33,777 nucleotides of DNA from a virus (lineage: Duplodnaviria > Caudoviricetes): the IMG/VR virus record IMGVR_UViG_3300043442_000626, positions 1 to 33,777 of that record; one strand, written 5' to 3'. The notes below the pieces were generated by a model that ran no database searches, was not told the DNA's origin, and saw nothing but the letters and a program-made list of their open reading frames with translations. Position numbers and translations under genes: made by a program. Shown here piece after piece: positions 8,798 to 18,000 of this stretch. The number at the start of each line of letters is the position of its first letter. Position 1 is the stretch's first letter.

Positions 8798-9738
8798 ACT
8801 AACATCTCCTTTATTTGATCATGAAAACCTTTATCTAATTTAATTATATCAGAATCTTCCATATCGCCTATATCTTTATATTTTTTATCTATATTTATTA
8901 CAGTAACATGAGAGCCTAATCTTTCGATTATCTTATCTTTCATATTGCCTCCTGCCTCATCATTATCAGCAATAATCAGTATATCGCTAAAATACTTTTG
9001 AAGTAAACCTATTTGTTTTGATGACACATTAGCGCCAAGGGTAGCGACTGCGGGTAGTCCAACCTGATCAAGTCTTATTGCATCAAACGATGACTCTACA
9101 ACATAAACACGACTTGCAGTCTTCACACGATTCAAATTAAATAATAATTTTGACTTAGGAAGTCCGTTGGTATTTTTAAATGTTTTGCCCTCTACAGATC
9201 TTCCAACGAAGCCAACACACAAACCTTCATGGTTCTGTACAGGAATAGTCACCATGTCCTGATTTTCAGAATATCCAAGTTTAAACTTCTTTATAGAATC
9301 CTGAGTTATTTTTCTTACATTAAAATATTGAATTGCTCTATCACTTTTTAATGCCTGTTCATATAGTTTATTTACTATAGCCATATCTAACTCTGGCCAT
9401 TCTTCTTTTTCAATTAACTTATAAGAAATATCAGAAACAATATCTGTCTCTACTTCTTTACTTTTAATAAATCTAACAGCCTCAAAATATGTTCTATTAG
9501 AGCAATGCATTACTAATTCTATTAGGTCTGCAGTATGGCTACAAGAAAAACAAAAAAATAAACCACTATATTTATTTATTTCACCAGCAGGGGTTCTATG
9601 GTTTGAATGAAATGGACAAAATACAACATACTCAGACTCTGCTTCTTTTTCTATATTTATGCCAGATCCTGCGAGTACTCTTTTAATTTGGTTGGCTGTG
9701 TATGAATTGCTTTCGTTCCGTCTATTCCTAATATCCAT
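8794..9738 (-). CDS. dnaG: DNA primase (CHC2 Zn finger + Toprim)
   Basis: CPFH...CFSC, GFVGR, VVESSFDA, ATLGA, ADNDEAG, KDIGD. Confidence 0.9.
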   Translation of the reverse strand: MDIRNRRNESNSYTANQIKRVLAGSGINIEKEAESEYVVFCPFHSNHRTPAGEINKYSGLFFCFSCSHTADLIELVMHCSNRTYFEAVRFIKSKEVETDIVSDISYKLIEKEEWPELDMAIVNKLYEQALKSDRAIQYFNVRKITQDSIKKFKLGYSENQDMVTIPVQNHEGLCVGFVGRSVEGKTFKNTNGLPKSKLLFNLNRVKTASRVYVVESSFDAIRLDQVGLPAVATLGANVSSKQIGLLQKYFSDILIIADNDEAGGNMKDKIIERLGSHVTVINIDKKYKDIGDMEDSDIIKLDKGFHDQIKEMLV

Positions 9739-9983
9739 TCGCTTTTCTTTCTCCCTATATATATTCCGTATATACTTAATATAAAGTTGTATGTGTTGTT
9801 TTTTTCATTATATTCTATTGTAAACTGTGGATCAATATCAAATCTTGGCACATATCCAGATAGGCGCATTTCAGATACCAGTAGCCTGATATATTCTTGT
9901 TGTAACCTGTATATGGCAGAGTCATCATAGATAACTCCATCCATCCCAAACCTCTTTATAGGCTTGTGCTGATATATCTCCAT
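9657..9983 (-). CDS. Hypothetical protein between helicase and primase
   Basis: 108-aa ORF filling the gap; preceded by TATAAT-7nt-ATG. Confidence 0.7.
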   Translation of the reverse strand: MEIYQHKPIKRFGMDGVIYDDSAIYRLQQEYIRLLVSEMRLSGYVPRFDIDPQFTIEYNEKNNTYNFILSIYGIYIGRKKSEWILGIDGTKAIHTQPTKLKEYSQDLA

Positions 9984-9990
9984 ATGGCAT

Positions 9991-9996
9991 ATTATA
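9991..9996 (-). promoter_or_regulatory. -10 box, probable leaderless promoter for hypothetical-primase-membrane-halogenase
   Basis: CAGTATAAT-ATGCCAT-ATG; no SD; overlaps helicase TAA. Confidence 0.5.
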
Positions 9997-11218
9997 CTGA
10001 CTTATCTTCATAATCTTTATACCTATAATATCCTTTATCAAAATCAGCCTGTACTAAGAATTCTCCCATAAAACCATTGCGATTCTTTCTAAATACGCAT
10101 TCAATAATATCACTATTAGTCCCTCGACCAAGAGCCAAAACCCAATCAGCATCGTATGCAATCTGTCTTGACCATGCTGTTTGACCTAGGGTTGGAACAG
10201 TTTCAAGTTTAGTTACATCATCAGGAGTAGCAGAAGAAATTGCAATAATTGGTACCTCTTCAGAAATTGCCATTAACTTTAATTCACGAGAAAGATTCTT
10301 CATACGAACAGTTTCATTATCTGACTTTTGGTTTGGAGACATTAACTGTAAATAGTCAACGATAACAAAGTCAGGCTTATACTGATCAATCTTTCCACGA
10401 AGAACTAGTGGTGTTATATCTCCACCTGTATCATTTGAAATAATATGAAATTCTGGCTTACCTTGTACATGCTTAGTATGCCAAGATTTAAGCATATCCA
10501 TTTCGACTTGCCCAGCACTCAATTTTCTATGAGACCAAACACCTTCACCCATAATTGCAAATACACGATTACGCACTTCAACCTCAGACATCTCAAGGCT
10601 TATGATCATTGGGCTACGACCCTGTTTCCAAGCCTGTACGGCGAAATAGAGAGACAACCATGACTTTCCTATGCCTGGATATGCAAGGAAGACTCCTAAC
10701 TGCCCTGGCATGATTCCAGAAGGCAAATAGTTATCAAATCCTGGCAGACCTGTTTTAATTCCTATTGCTCCTGCTTCTTGTTGCTTCTTTAAGTTTTCAA
10801 AATATGCAACTGCTGAATCTAGATCAGTTACATCAATATCACGAATGGTTGCAGTATTTTTTCTTAGTTCTGCAGTTTTAGTTATAAGATTTTCTAATGC
10901 ATCAATAGTAGAACCGCTCTGCACATCTGTTGCAGCAGATCTAATAATATCTTTTAGACTATTAGAAAGATACTCTACCTGCAATTCTTCAAGATGGTGC
11001 TTAGTAGATCCTACTCCAGAAATGGGTTCGAAGTCTCTAAACTTTTCTACGACTAATTCTGTAGGTGGAACTGTAGAGTTATGCTCATAATATTTTCTAA
11101 TAAACTGCCAAACATCAACATGTGTAGTTAATATATTTTCAACATTAGCCTGCAATAATACATGGGCTTGTTTATCTTTAAGAACGGCTGATATTAACTT
11201 TGATTCTGAATTATTCAC
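9992..11218 (-). CDS. dnaB: DnaB-like replicative helicase
   Basis: IKTGLPGFD, AYPGIGKS, SLEMS, IVDYLQLM, SRELK, YDAD, KNRNG. Confidence 0.93.
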   Translation of the reverse strand: MNNSESKLISAVLKDKQAHVLLQANVENILTTHVDVWQFIRKYYEHNSTVPPTELVVEKFRDFEPISGVGSTKHHLEELQVEYLSNSLKDIIRSAATDVQSGSTIDALENLITKTAELRKNTATIRDIDVTDLDSAVAYFENLKKQQEAGAIGIKTGLPGFDNYLPSGIMPGQLGVFLAYPGIGKSWLSLYFAVQAWKQGRSPMIISLEMSEVEVRNRVFAIMGEGVWSHRKLSAGQVEMDMLKSWHTKHVQGKPEFHIISNDTGGDITPLVLRGKIDQYKPDFVIVDYLQLMSPNQKSDNETVRMKNLSRELKLMAISEEVPIIAISSATPDDVTKLETVPTLGQTAWSRQIAYDADWVLALGRGTNSDIIECVFRKNRNGFMGEFLVQADFDKGYYRYKDYEDKSV

Positions 11219-11519
11219 CTAGCCACTCCTTTGCTTTCAACCGTCTCTGCTGTCTTTCCCTTAAATCTTTTTCTTGTCTTTCTTTTGCCTCTAGTATAGC
11301 ATTTGCAAAATAAACAAAATGCTTCCAATCTGGCGACTCTGCAACTTCAAAATAATATTCAACTAGTTCATAACATTTTTCAATGCCGTATGACTCTATA
11401 AGAGCATCTGCCTTACTTTGCTCTACCCATTTGTTATATGTTGGATTTTGCCCTAGTTTAAACTTATAGTGTTTGTCAAACCTACTTAACAGAGCAAATC
11501 GCTGCTGTTTTTCTGCCAC
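11211..11519 (-). CDS. Hypothetical helical protein upstream of the helicase (possible loader)
   Basis: 102 aa, GTG start, 8-nt overlap with dnaB; function guessed from position only. Confidence 0.6.
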   Translation of the reverse strand: MAEKQQRFALLSRFDKHYKFKLGQNPTYNKWVEQSKADALIESYGIEKCYELVEYYFEVAESPDWKHFVYFANAILEAKERQEKDLRERQQRRLKAKEWLGE

Positions 11520-11520
11520 A

Positions 11521-11724
11521 CTACTCGCTTTCTGCTTCTGCCTTTGCTTCTGCTACTTTTTCTGTTAGTTTATCTTCAACAAATTTATATACACGTTCAA
11601 ATGCCTGATCTATGTTTTCTCCATCACGTTTAGAATCTATAACTCCGAGATCTAATCTTAGTGATTGAAAATTTCCAAGATTGTATGTATAGCCAAGCGT
11701 TACTGATACTTTTGTATCTTCCAT
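11521..11724 (-). CDS. Small phage hypothetical protein (YTxNLGNF motif)
   Basis: MEDTKVSVTLGYTYNLGNFQSLRLD; start moved to 11724 (GAAGGG upstream). Confidence 0.7.
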   Translation of the reverse strand: MEDTKVSVTLGYTYNLGNFQSLRLDLGVIDSKRDGENIDQAFERVYKFVEDKLTEKVAEAKAEAESE

Positions 11725-11738
11725 TTCATACCCTTCTG

Positions 11739-12281
11739 CTAAATTGATTCTGACCAAATTGGTATAAATCTACCATCTTCAGTCTTTGTATATGTCAGTA
11801 TACCATCTCCCATTCTCCGTGTCAACTCAGCCTTTGTGGGAGTAATATCGTTTGTTATTAAATTATCTTTTCTTGGTCTACCAATATGGTACGTAGCCAG
11901 TATATCACGAATCTCTTTTACTTGTGATTCAGAATAATAAGATCTTATTTGCCATCCCCTTTTGCCATCTTTTTGTGCTCCTATTGGCATAGGAATTATT
12001 CCACGCTTCATTAAAGTTGGCATATATTTTCTATGTCTATTGACAAGTTCTGCTGTTTGTGATACAGTATATGCTTTCTCTTTTTTATTTTTAAATTCAC
12101 TTATTAAACAACTTTCAATTTTATCTTTTGTTATGTTATATATAGACATAACGCCATTTGATCTATTATAATGAATTACTCTTATCAAATCTTTATTTAA
12201 AAACCAAACCTTCTTACTACCCTCAATTACAGGGGAGAGATTGTATTCTTCGCTCGTTCTTGTTCCTTTTTTAGCAACCAT
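11739..12281 (-). CDS. HTH (MerR/excisionase-like) DNA-binding protein
   Basis: AYTVSQTAELVNRHRKYMPTLMKRGIIPMP...RSYYSESQV; also GRPRK. Confidence 0.7.
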   Translation of the reverse strand: MVAKKGTRTSEEYNLSPVIEGSKKVWFLNKDLIRVIHYNRSNGVMSIYNITKDKIESCLISEFKNKKEKAYTVSQTAELVNRHRKYMPTLMKRGIIPMPIGAQKDGKRGWQIRSYYSESQVKEIRDILATYHIGRPRKDNLITNDITPTKAELTRRMGDGILTYTKTEDGRFIPIWSESI

Positions 12282-12418
12282 CTACCTTCCTCCGAATCAG
12301 ACGGTGGATGAAAAAATTTTCTTGATCCACAAACCAAACAATATATTTCTATATGAGAGACAGAACTGTATACTCTGTCTATTAACATTTTTTTTAAACA
12401 TTTTTTACATCTAATCAT
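12227..12418 (-). CDS. Small Zn-finger protein
   Basis: CKKC...CLVCG; TAATG overlap with the upstream gene. Confidence 0.7.
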   Translation of the reverse strand: MIRCKKCLKKMLIDRVYSSVSHIEIYCLVCGSRKFFHPPSDSEEGRWLLKKEQERAKNTISPL

Positions 12419-12861
12419 TAATTAGGTATGCCAACAATAATTAAATTAATTCCAATTGAGACATCTCCGCTAGAATTAAAATTAACAACTCCATCTACTT
12501 TTGAAGTGGTAACGCTTTTGATTACTACTGATACATTTTTACCAGCCTCTGTACCGCCTATATTGATTGGACTTGCAGTTACTATTGGTGCAAATTTAAA
12601 GTCTGCTGGAAAACTATAGGAAAAAGGTTGCTGACTTCCAAGGCTTTGATTTGAACTTTTTGTAACATCTGTATATCCTGCAATTATTCTGGTTTCAGAA
12701 GCCTTTGCATTTTGAGACACTCCATTAGGAACGTCCACTGTAACATATTTATATATTGCTGGAGACACCTGTAATGATAACTCATTGAGTGCATTTGCAA
12801 TTTGATAAATGTATGAAACATCAAGCGGTTGACCTAATTCTGGTAATGGTATTTTTGCCAT
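12418..12861 (-). CDS. Putative small tail-fibre-like/beta-sandwich structural protein
   Basis: C-terminal FSYSFPADFKFAPIVTAS...INLIIVG pattern typical of fibre-tip beta domains; AGGAGG SD. Confidence 0.5.
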   Translation of the reverse strand: MAKIPLPELGQPLDVSYIYQIANALNELSLQVSPAIYKYVTVDVPNGVSQNAKASETRIIAGYTDVTKSSNQSLGSQQPFSYSFPADFKFAPIVTASPINIGGTEAGKNVSVVIKSVTTSKVDGVVNFNSSGDVSIGINLIIVGIPN

Positions 12862-12876
12862 AATTCCTCCTGTCTA

Positions 12877-12885
12877 ATTATATCA
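12877..12885 (-). promoter_or_regulatory. Extended -10 promoter TGATATAAT
   Basis: TGATATAAT-TAGAC-AGGAGG-AATT-ATG; overlaps TAA of 12878-13318. Confidence 0.6.
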
Positions 12886-13318
12886 GACTTCCCTCATTTT
12901 CAAATAATTCTGAATCTGCAAATCTTTCTAAAGGTATAGTTTTTGGCTGTACAGCAACATGAATATATGTTTTGTCTATAGGATATACAATAGAATAATT
13001 TGTTTGTGATGTTTTTGTATAATATTGCCATCCTGCATTATTCCATTTAATATAAATATAGTATTCTTCTATATCTTGTTGTGGCTCCCATGCCAAATTA
13101 ATAACCCTATTATCTTTATCTATAATCATACTATTTAAAATTTCTGACGGGGTGTCTTCTGCAATTATTTTATAAATTGGAGACCAGTGTGATAATCTGT
13201 TTTTATCTTCAGATATAAATCTATATCTTAAAACATATGTCTTATTATTTCCAAAAAATCCTGGAAGTTTGGACTTCGGAATAATTACCTTTTTTATTCC
13301 TTGATCTGGGCTAGGCAT
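12878..13318 (-). CDS. Putative minor tail protein (Fn3-like beta-rich)
   Basis: YVLRYR...SHWS, INLAWEP...YYIY; lies in the tail module with a TAATG overlap. Confidence 0.55.
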   Translation of the reverse strand: MPSPDQGIKKVIIPKSKLPGFFGNNKTYVLRYRFISEDKNRLSHWSPIYKIIAEDTPSEILNSMIIDKDNRVINLAWEPQQDIEEYYIYIKWNNAGWQYYTKTSQTNYSIVYPIDKTYIHVAVQPKTIPLERFADSELFENEGSLI

Positions 13319-14430
13319 TATTGCACATCCATAGCAAATCTAAACTCTATATAGTTAGTAGTGTTTGCCTCTTTAATAATAGTTTCTGCATTAGAATTTT
13401 TAAGAACTGTATATCCAGTTAATCCATATACAGGATTTGTTGTTGATATATTTTCAAATCTAATTGCATCAAGTCCAACATAAAAATTTTCTGAAGGCTC
13501 TTCATTTTTTAATACTGTAGAATATATTTTTACTATAGAAACATTATTCCAGGTGAATCCAGAACTCTTATATAATTCTTGTAATTCTTTGGTAGCAACA
13601 TAATATCTATTATTTTCAAAATCATAATCATTTTTATTCATAATTATTTCAAACTTAGCCCATTCTCCAACTCCAGGGGAATCTGATTCTGCAAACTCTA
13701 ATAAAATTCTTACTTCGTCTGGAATTATTGATCCATCTGGTTCTTTATTTATTACAGAAAAGGCTAATTTAATTTGATCGGTTGGGGAGTTTTTGTTAAA
13801 GTCTAGTGCAGTTCCAGCAAGGTGAATGTGGGCAGAGCCAGTTCCTACTGATAAATGCCCAGAAGAAATTTCTAGATCTGCAGAATCTCCCCTCATCATA
13901 ACAATATTATTAAAAAATCTTGCTCTTTCATATCTAAGTACTCTAGCAGAATCTGTAAACACTAAATTATCAGAGTTTGTTTGAAAGGCTTTTTGTGTTT
14001 GATCTATAGTATTATTTTCTCCTAGTGGTTCATATATAATGCTCAATGCTCCAGAGTTTCCTAATTGATCGTGATATTCCCAGTTTTCATTTACAGTAAA
14101 AGCAAAAAGAGATCTAGAATCATAAGCCCCTGCAGATGGATTTGCTCCTGCAGAATATACTCCAACTTCTGAGATTTCATATCTTTCGTCTGTAGGAAGT
14201 TCTGCAGTCAATACTATTTTTTCAATACCATTGTCATTTACATATCCCCGAGAAACTATTGGAACCCTAAACATTTCAAAATCTAAAACTTCTTTATCCG
14301 AATAGTTACCGAAAGGTTCTGCTGTATTCAATGGTTTGGCACCGCAACCTATTGCTATATATGAAGCATAAGCGGGAGCCTGGCCAATTAAATACTTTGA
14401 GATAATGCCTTTTCCAATATTAGTAATCAT
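13318..14430 (-). CDS. Putative minor tail/baseplate protein
   Basis: MITNIGK...YIAIGCG...EISEVGVY N-terminus resembles tail-collar/baseplate proteins; GAGGTG SD. Confidence 0.6.
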   Translation of the reverse strand: MITNIGKGIISKYLIGQAPAYASYIAIGCGAKPLNTAEPFGNYSDKEVLDFEMFRVPIVSRGYVNDNGIEKIVLTAELPTDERYEISEVGVYSAGANPSAGAYDSRSLFAFTVNENWEYHDQLGNSGALSIIYEPLGENNTIDQTQKAFQTNSDNLVFTDSARVLRYERARFFNNIVMMRGDSADLEISSGHLSVGTGSAHIHLAGTALDFNKNSPTDQIKLAFSVINKEPDGSIIPDEVRILLEFAESDSPGVGEWAKFEIIMNKNDYDFENNRYYVATKELQELYKSSGFTWNNVSIVKIYSTVLKNEEPSENFYVGLDAIRFENISTTNPVYGLTGYTVLKNSNAETIIKEANTTNYIEFRFAMDVQ

Positions 14431-14432
14431 AT

Positions 14433-15071
14433 TTACACCTCGTATATTGTATCATCTAATACTTCCCCATCTGAAACTATTGATATTTCTACCTGCTCGT
14501 CTTTTGCCAAATTAACTACGTTTATTACTAAGTCTCCAGTTTCTGCATCAATATATACGATAGAGCATTCTGGGCCTGTCCCGCACACAGGAACCTTGCT
14601 AGAAAAATTTATTGGAAACTGTTTAAAATAGTTTGAATCTATATCTTGTAGCCCAAGAATATTCTGTGGGTTATACTGAAAGTATACATTACTAAGATTT
14701 TTTATTGGTTGATATAAAACATTTTGTCCATTTACTAAATCAGATCTAATAATATTAATTAATTCTTGACCACCTATATTTTCAAATATTAGGTCTGTCA
14801 TTATTTCTATAGGCAACGTTTCGTCTTTAAATAATATAATGTCTGTTGTTGCTGGCTTTACATCACCATCTACGGTTCCGTTTGGGTATAGAACAGTTGG
14901 ATCGTCTGGTATTGCATTCAAACCACTAATATAATCTCCATATTCGTCTAACTGCTGTTGACTAGTTACTCTTTGTGCACTTCCATATTTCCAGGACATT
15001 TTTTCTTCATGTGTAGCGGGAATTGGATAATCATCATATACAATTTTTCCGTCTCCAGTAAAATATACCAT
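14433..15071 (-). CDS. Putative minor tail protein
   Basis: Position in the tail module; start moved to ATG 15071 after GAGG. Confidence 0.6.
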   Translation of the reverse strand: MVYFTGDGKIVYDDYPIPATHEEKMSWKYGSAQRVTSQQQLDEYGDYISGLNAIPDDPTVLYPNGTVDGDVKPATTDIILFKDETLPIEIMTDLIFENIGGQELINIIRSDLVNGQNVLYQPIKNLSNVYFQYNPQNILGLQDIDSNYFKQFPINFSSKVPVCGTGPECSIVYIDAETGDLVINVVNLAKDEQVEISIVSDGEVLDDTIYEV

Positions 15072-15072
15072 T

Positions 15073-18000
15073 TTATACCTCACTCAAATATAGTGTCATG
15101 CTAGGACCACCTATATCCTTTTGATAATCTATATTATAAACAACAAAGTTAGATGTTGATGGAGCAATAACATTAACATTGTCTTCATTTTTATATTCTA
15201 TATTTACAATATCACCTAACTGAATAATTGGAGTATTAAAAACTTTCATGCCTATATTTTTTCTTGGTTTCATAATTTTTTCAATAATCCAAGACATTAA
15301 TTCATTTGCATCATCTTCAGACTGAATATATGGAGGATCAATTGAAAATTCTTTTCTGCCGTATGTAAGCCTGCTTGTTTTTATTTTGTCATAATCTTGT
15401 TGAGATCTTATTGGAGAAACTATAAGCCCATCTTTACCAATTTGTGGATCAGAAAAATTACTATTTTTTGCAAAATAATTATCAACTGTCAACTCATTAT
15501 CTGATTGCTGAGTAAAAGTAATACCTTGTATTCTTAAGTAATTTCCACTTGTTTCATCTAAATTAATAGTTGTATCTGTAGAGTTAAATATTAAAAATTC
15601 TGCCCCATAAGATCCAGCCCTAAATCCAGACACAGTATAACCTTTTATTCTGTTAAAAGTTGGAGAAAGTTGTGCATATAATGCTGGATATGCTTTGTCA
15701 TATCTTATTTTTAAATAAGCAGCCTCTCGCATTATGGTTCCAAATTCTTCAAAATACATATTAAATGAAGGTGGCTGACTTGGACTTATTCCAGATAAAT
15801 ACGTAGACTGAATAATTCCAGACATTGCATATTTTCTAAAGGATTCGTTTGCATTAATTTCATTGTCTCCAAATGCTGCTGCTACTGGTGTATCTAATGA
15901 AAAAATAGTATTTTGACTATAGTTGTTTGTTAGTGCATATATATTTTCAAACATACATTTTGATCCACCACGTACAAATAATGCCATATTATTATATACT
16001 GGCGTTGGACTGTTGTCATCAACGATTCCTACTATTTGATTATTTATATATAAATAAAATTGTCTAACTGATCCCAACTCTTTATATTCAATAGCCAAAT
16101 CATAAACTGTTGGATTTTCTTCTCCCATAATTCGTGACTGTCCAGTGAAATTGCCATCGTCTACTACTATACTCGTAAATCCACCCCAAAGTTTAATTGG
16201 AATAGCATTTCCATTTTCATCAGATAAAATTTTATAAAAAACAACATTATGTAAATTTTCTGCAGCAGATGAATAATCACTTACATTTTTTTCTGTTAAA
16301 GATATAATTTCAAAATAATATCCAACATTTGTTTCTGGATTAAGTAAAACTGCTATTCCACCAGAACCTCCAGATATATTTAAACTTTGATTAGGTTGTG
16401 ATCCAGGAAGTACGTAGTATGGGGTTGAGTTCAATGGTGTCTGTCCCCTTGTTTCAGTTGCTTCTATTTTTCCAACTATTCTCATTCTAGTCCCGAAGTG
16501 TTTATACTTGTTGGTTAATGCTTTATATTGATAAGACAAAAAGTTAATGGGAGTTTCTGTTGTTGAAAATGAAGGGCCATTCATAACTAAAGCAGATGAT
16601 TGTATTGATCCAGTTTGTGTAGATTTTATTGTATTATTTTGAGTTTCTTTAGTAAATGATGTAGACAAAAAGTTTTTAATAATTCCAGTTCTTTTGTTTT
16701 CTTTTGCCTTAATGTTGTTTACACCTGCAGGATTATTTGATAATTCTGTAGTTTCTGATATGCTATCAATTATTTCATCTTGTGTTTGAGCAATATACTG
16801 TAATCCAAATAAATACTCACTCTTCATGTCCATTCCTCTAACATAAGAGTTATTTGTCCAGTATTCATCTAAACCTGCCTTATGTGTTAGTATAGGAGTG
16901 CCAAACTGTCCACGACCATGTCTTGCCACATCACCATTTTTCATTACTGTTATACCATTAACTTCTTCATACTTAGGTTCAGCATATATTCTAACTAATC
17001 CTGTTGGGTATATTTTTCCATTAAATGTTAGTTTGCCCAAATAATTTTGATATTCTTGATTACTACTTATCCATACATTTCCTATAGCACCTATATTAGT
17101 AGTACTATAACTTACTTTACCATTCAATTCTTGTGTAGCAATAATTTTTTCTGCTCCAGGAATACTATATTGTACTGCATCAAATTTTATTATTTCTCCA
17201 TTTGCATAAAAATATCCAGAGTGTCTTCCTAACCAATATACTGCTTCTCCTAAATCTATTGTGTTATTTGTTAATTGATTTCCAACAACAAACGGCACCA
17301 CAGAACTTAAATCAGAATTTAATGGTATAGCAGATAAACTGTAAGAAGACTGACTCTGAGTTTCTCCATTAATAGACCTTAGAGCATTTTCACCAGTTAC
17401 CTCCCATAAAAGAACTGGTTTATATATCCAATTTTTTGCAGCAGCATCATTATCAACCATACTTGCTTGCTTTATGGTTCCATATGATCTTTGAATATAC
17501 CTACTTTTATAATTAATTTTTCCATCATTAAATACGCTTTTATCGGTTGATGCAATATCAATAATATTGGTTAGTTTTGAATTTATAGTTTTATTTTGTA
17601 TTTCATTATCTTGAACAAAATCTTTTGAACCATAAAAAGTAAAACTACTTTGTCTTTCTGATGAATTTGGTAGCATATAGTTTTTACTCATCATAATAAA
17701 ATTATTATACTCATCAAAAAACATTGCTGTTTGTGTTGATATTGCTAAATCATTTAATACAGATGCAACAGTTTTGTCGGGGCCAATATAGAAAAATGGA
17801 ATTATTAATTCTTTTTCTGTAGATAAACGTTTAAATGTATAGTTCGAAAATCCTACAGAATCTAAAAGCAAAGAAACTGCATAACTTAATGAAACATTTG
17901 TAACTAACATTTGTGGAGCAATAATCGATTCAAAATAAAAATATAAATCTCTTAATTCAAGATTTACCTTTCTGTCATTTGGATTATACTTAGGAAATGC

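Noticed and set aside
3069-11218. Inteins, introns or homing endonucleases in dnaE, dnaB or primase
   Set aside because: Lengths are normal, motifs are contiguous, and no splice-junction or LAGLIDADG/HNH signature is seen; the same holds for recA.
2069-11741. TAG stop-codon reassignment
   Set aside because: Genes are full length in the standard code, and TAG ends recA, ssb and two small genes at sensible positions.
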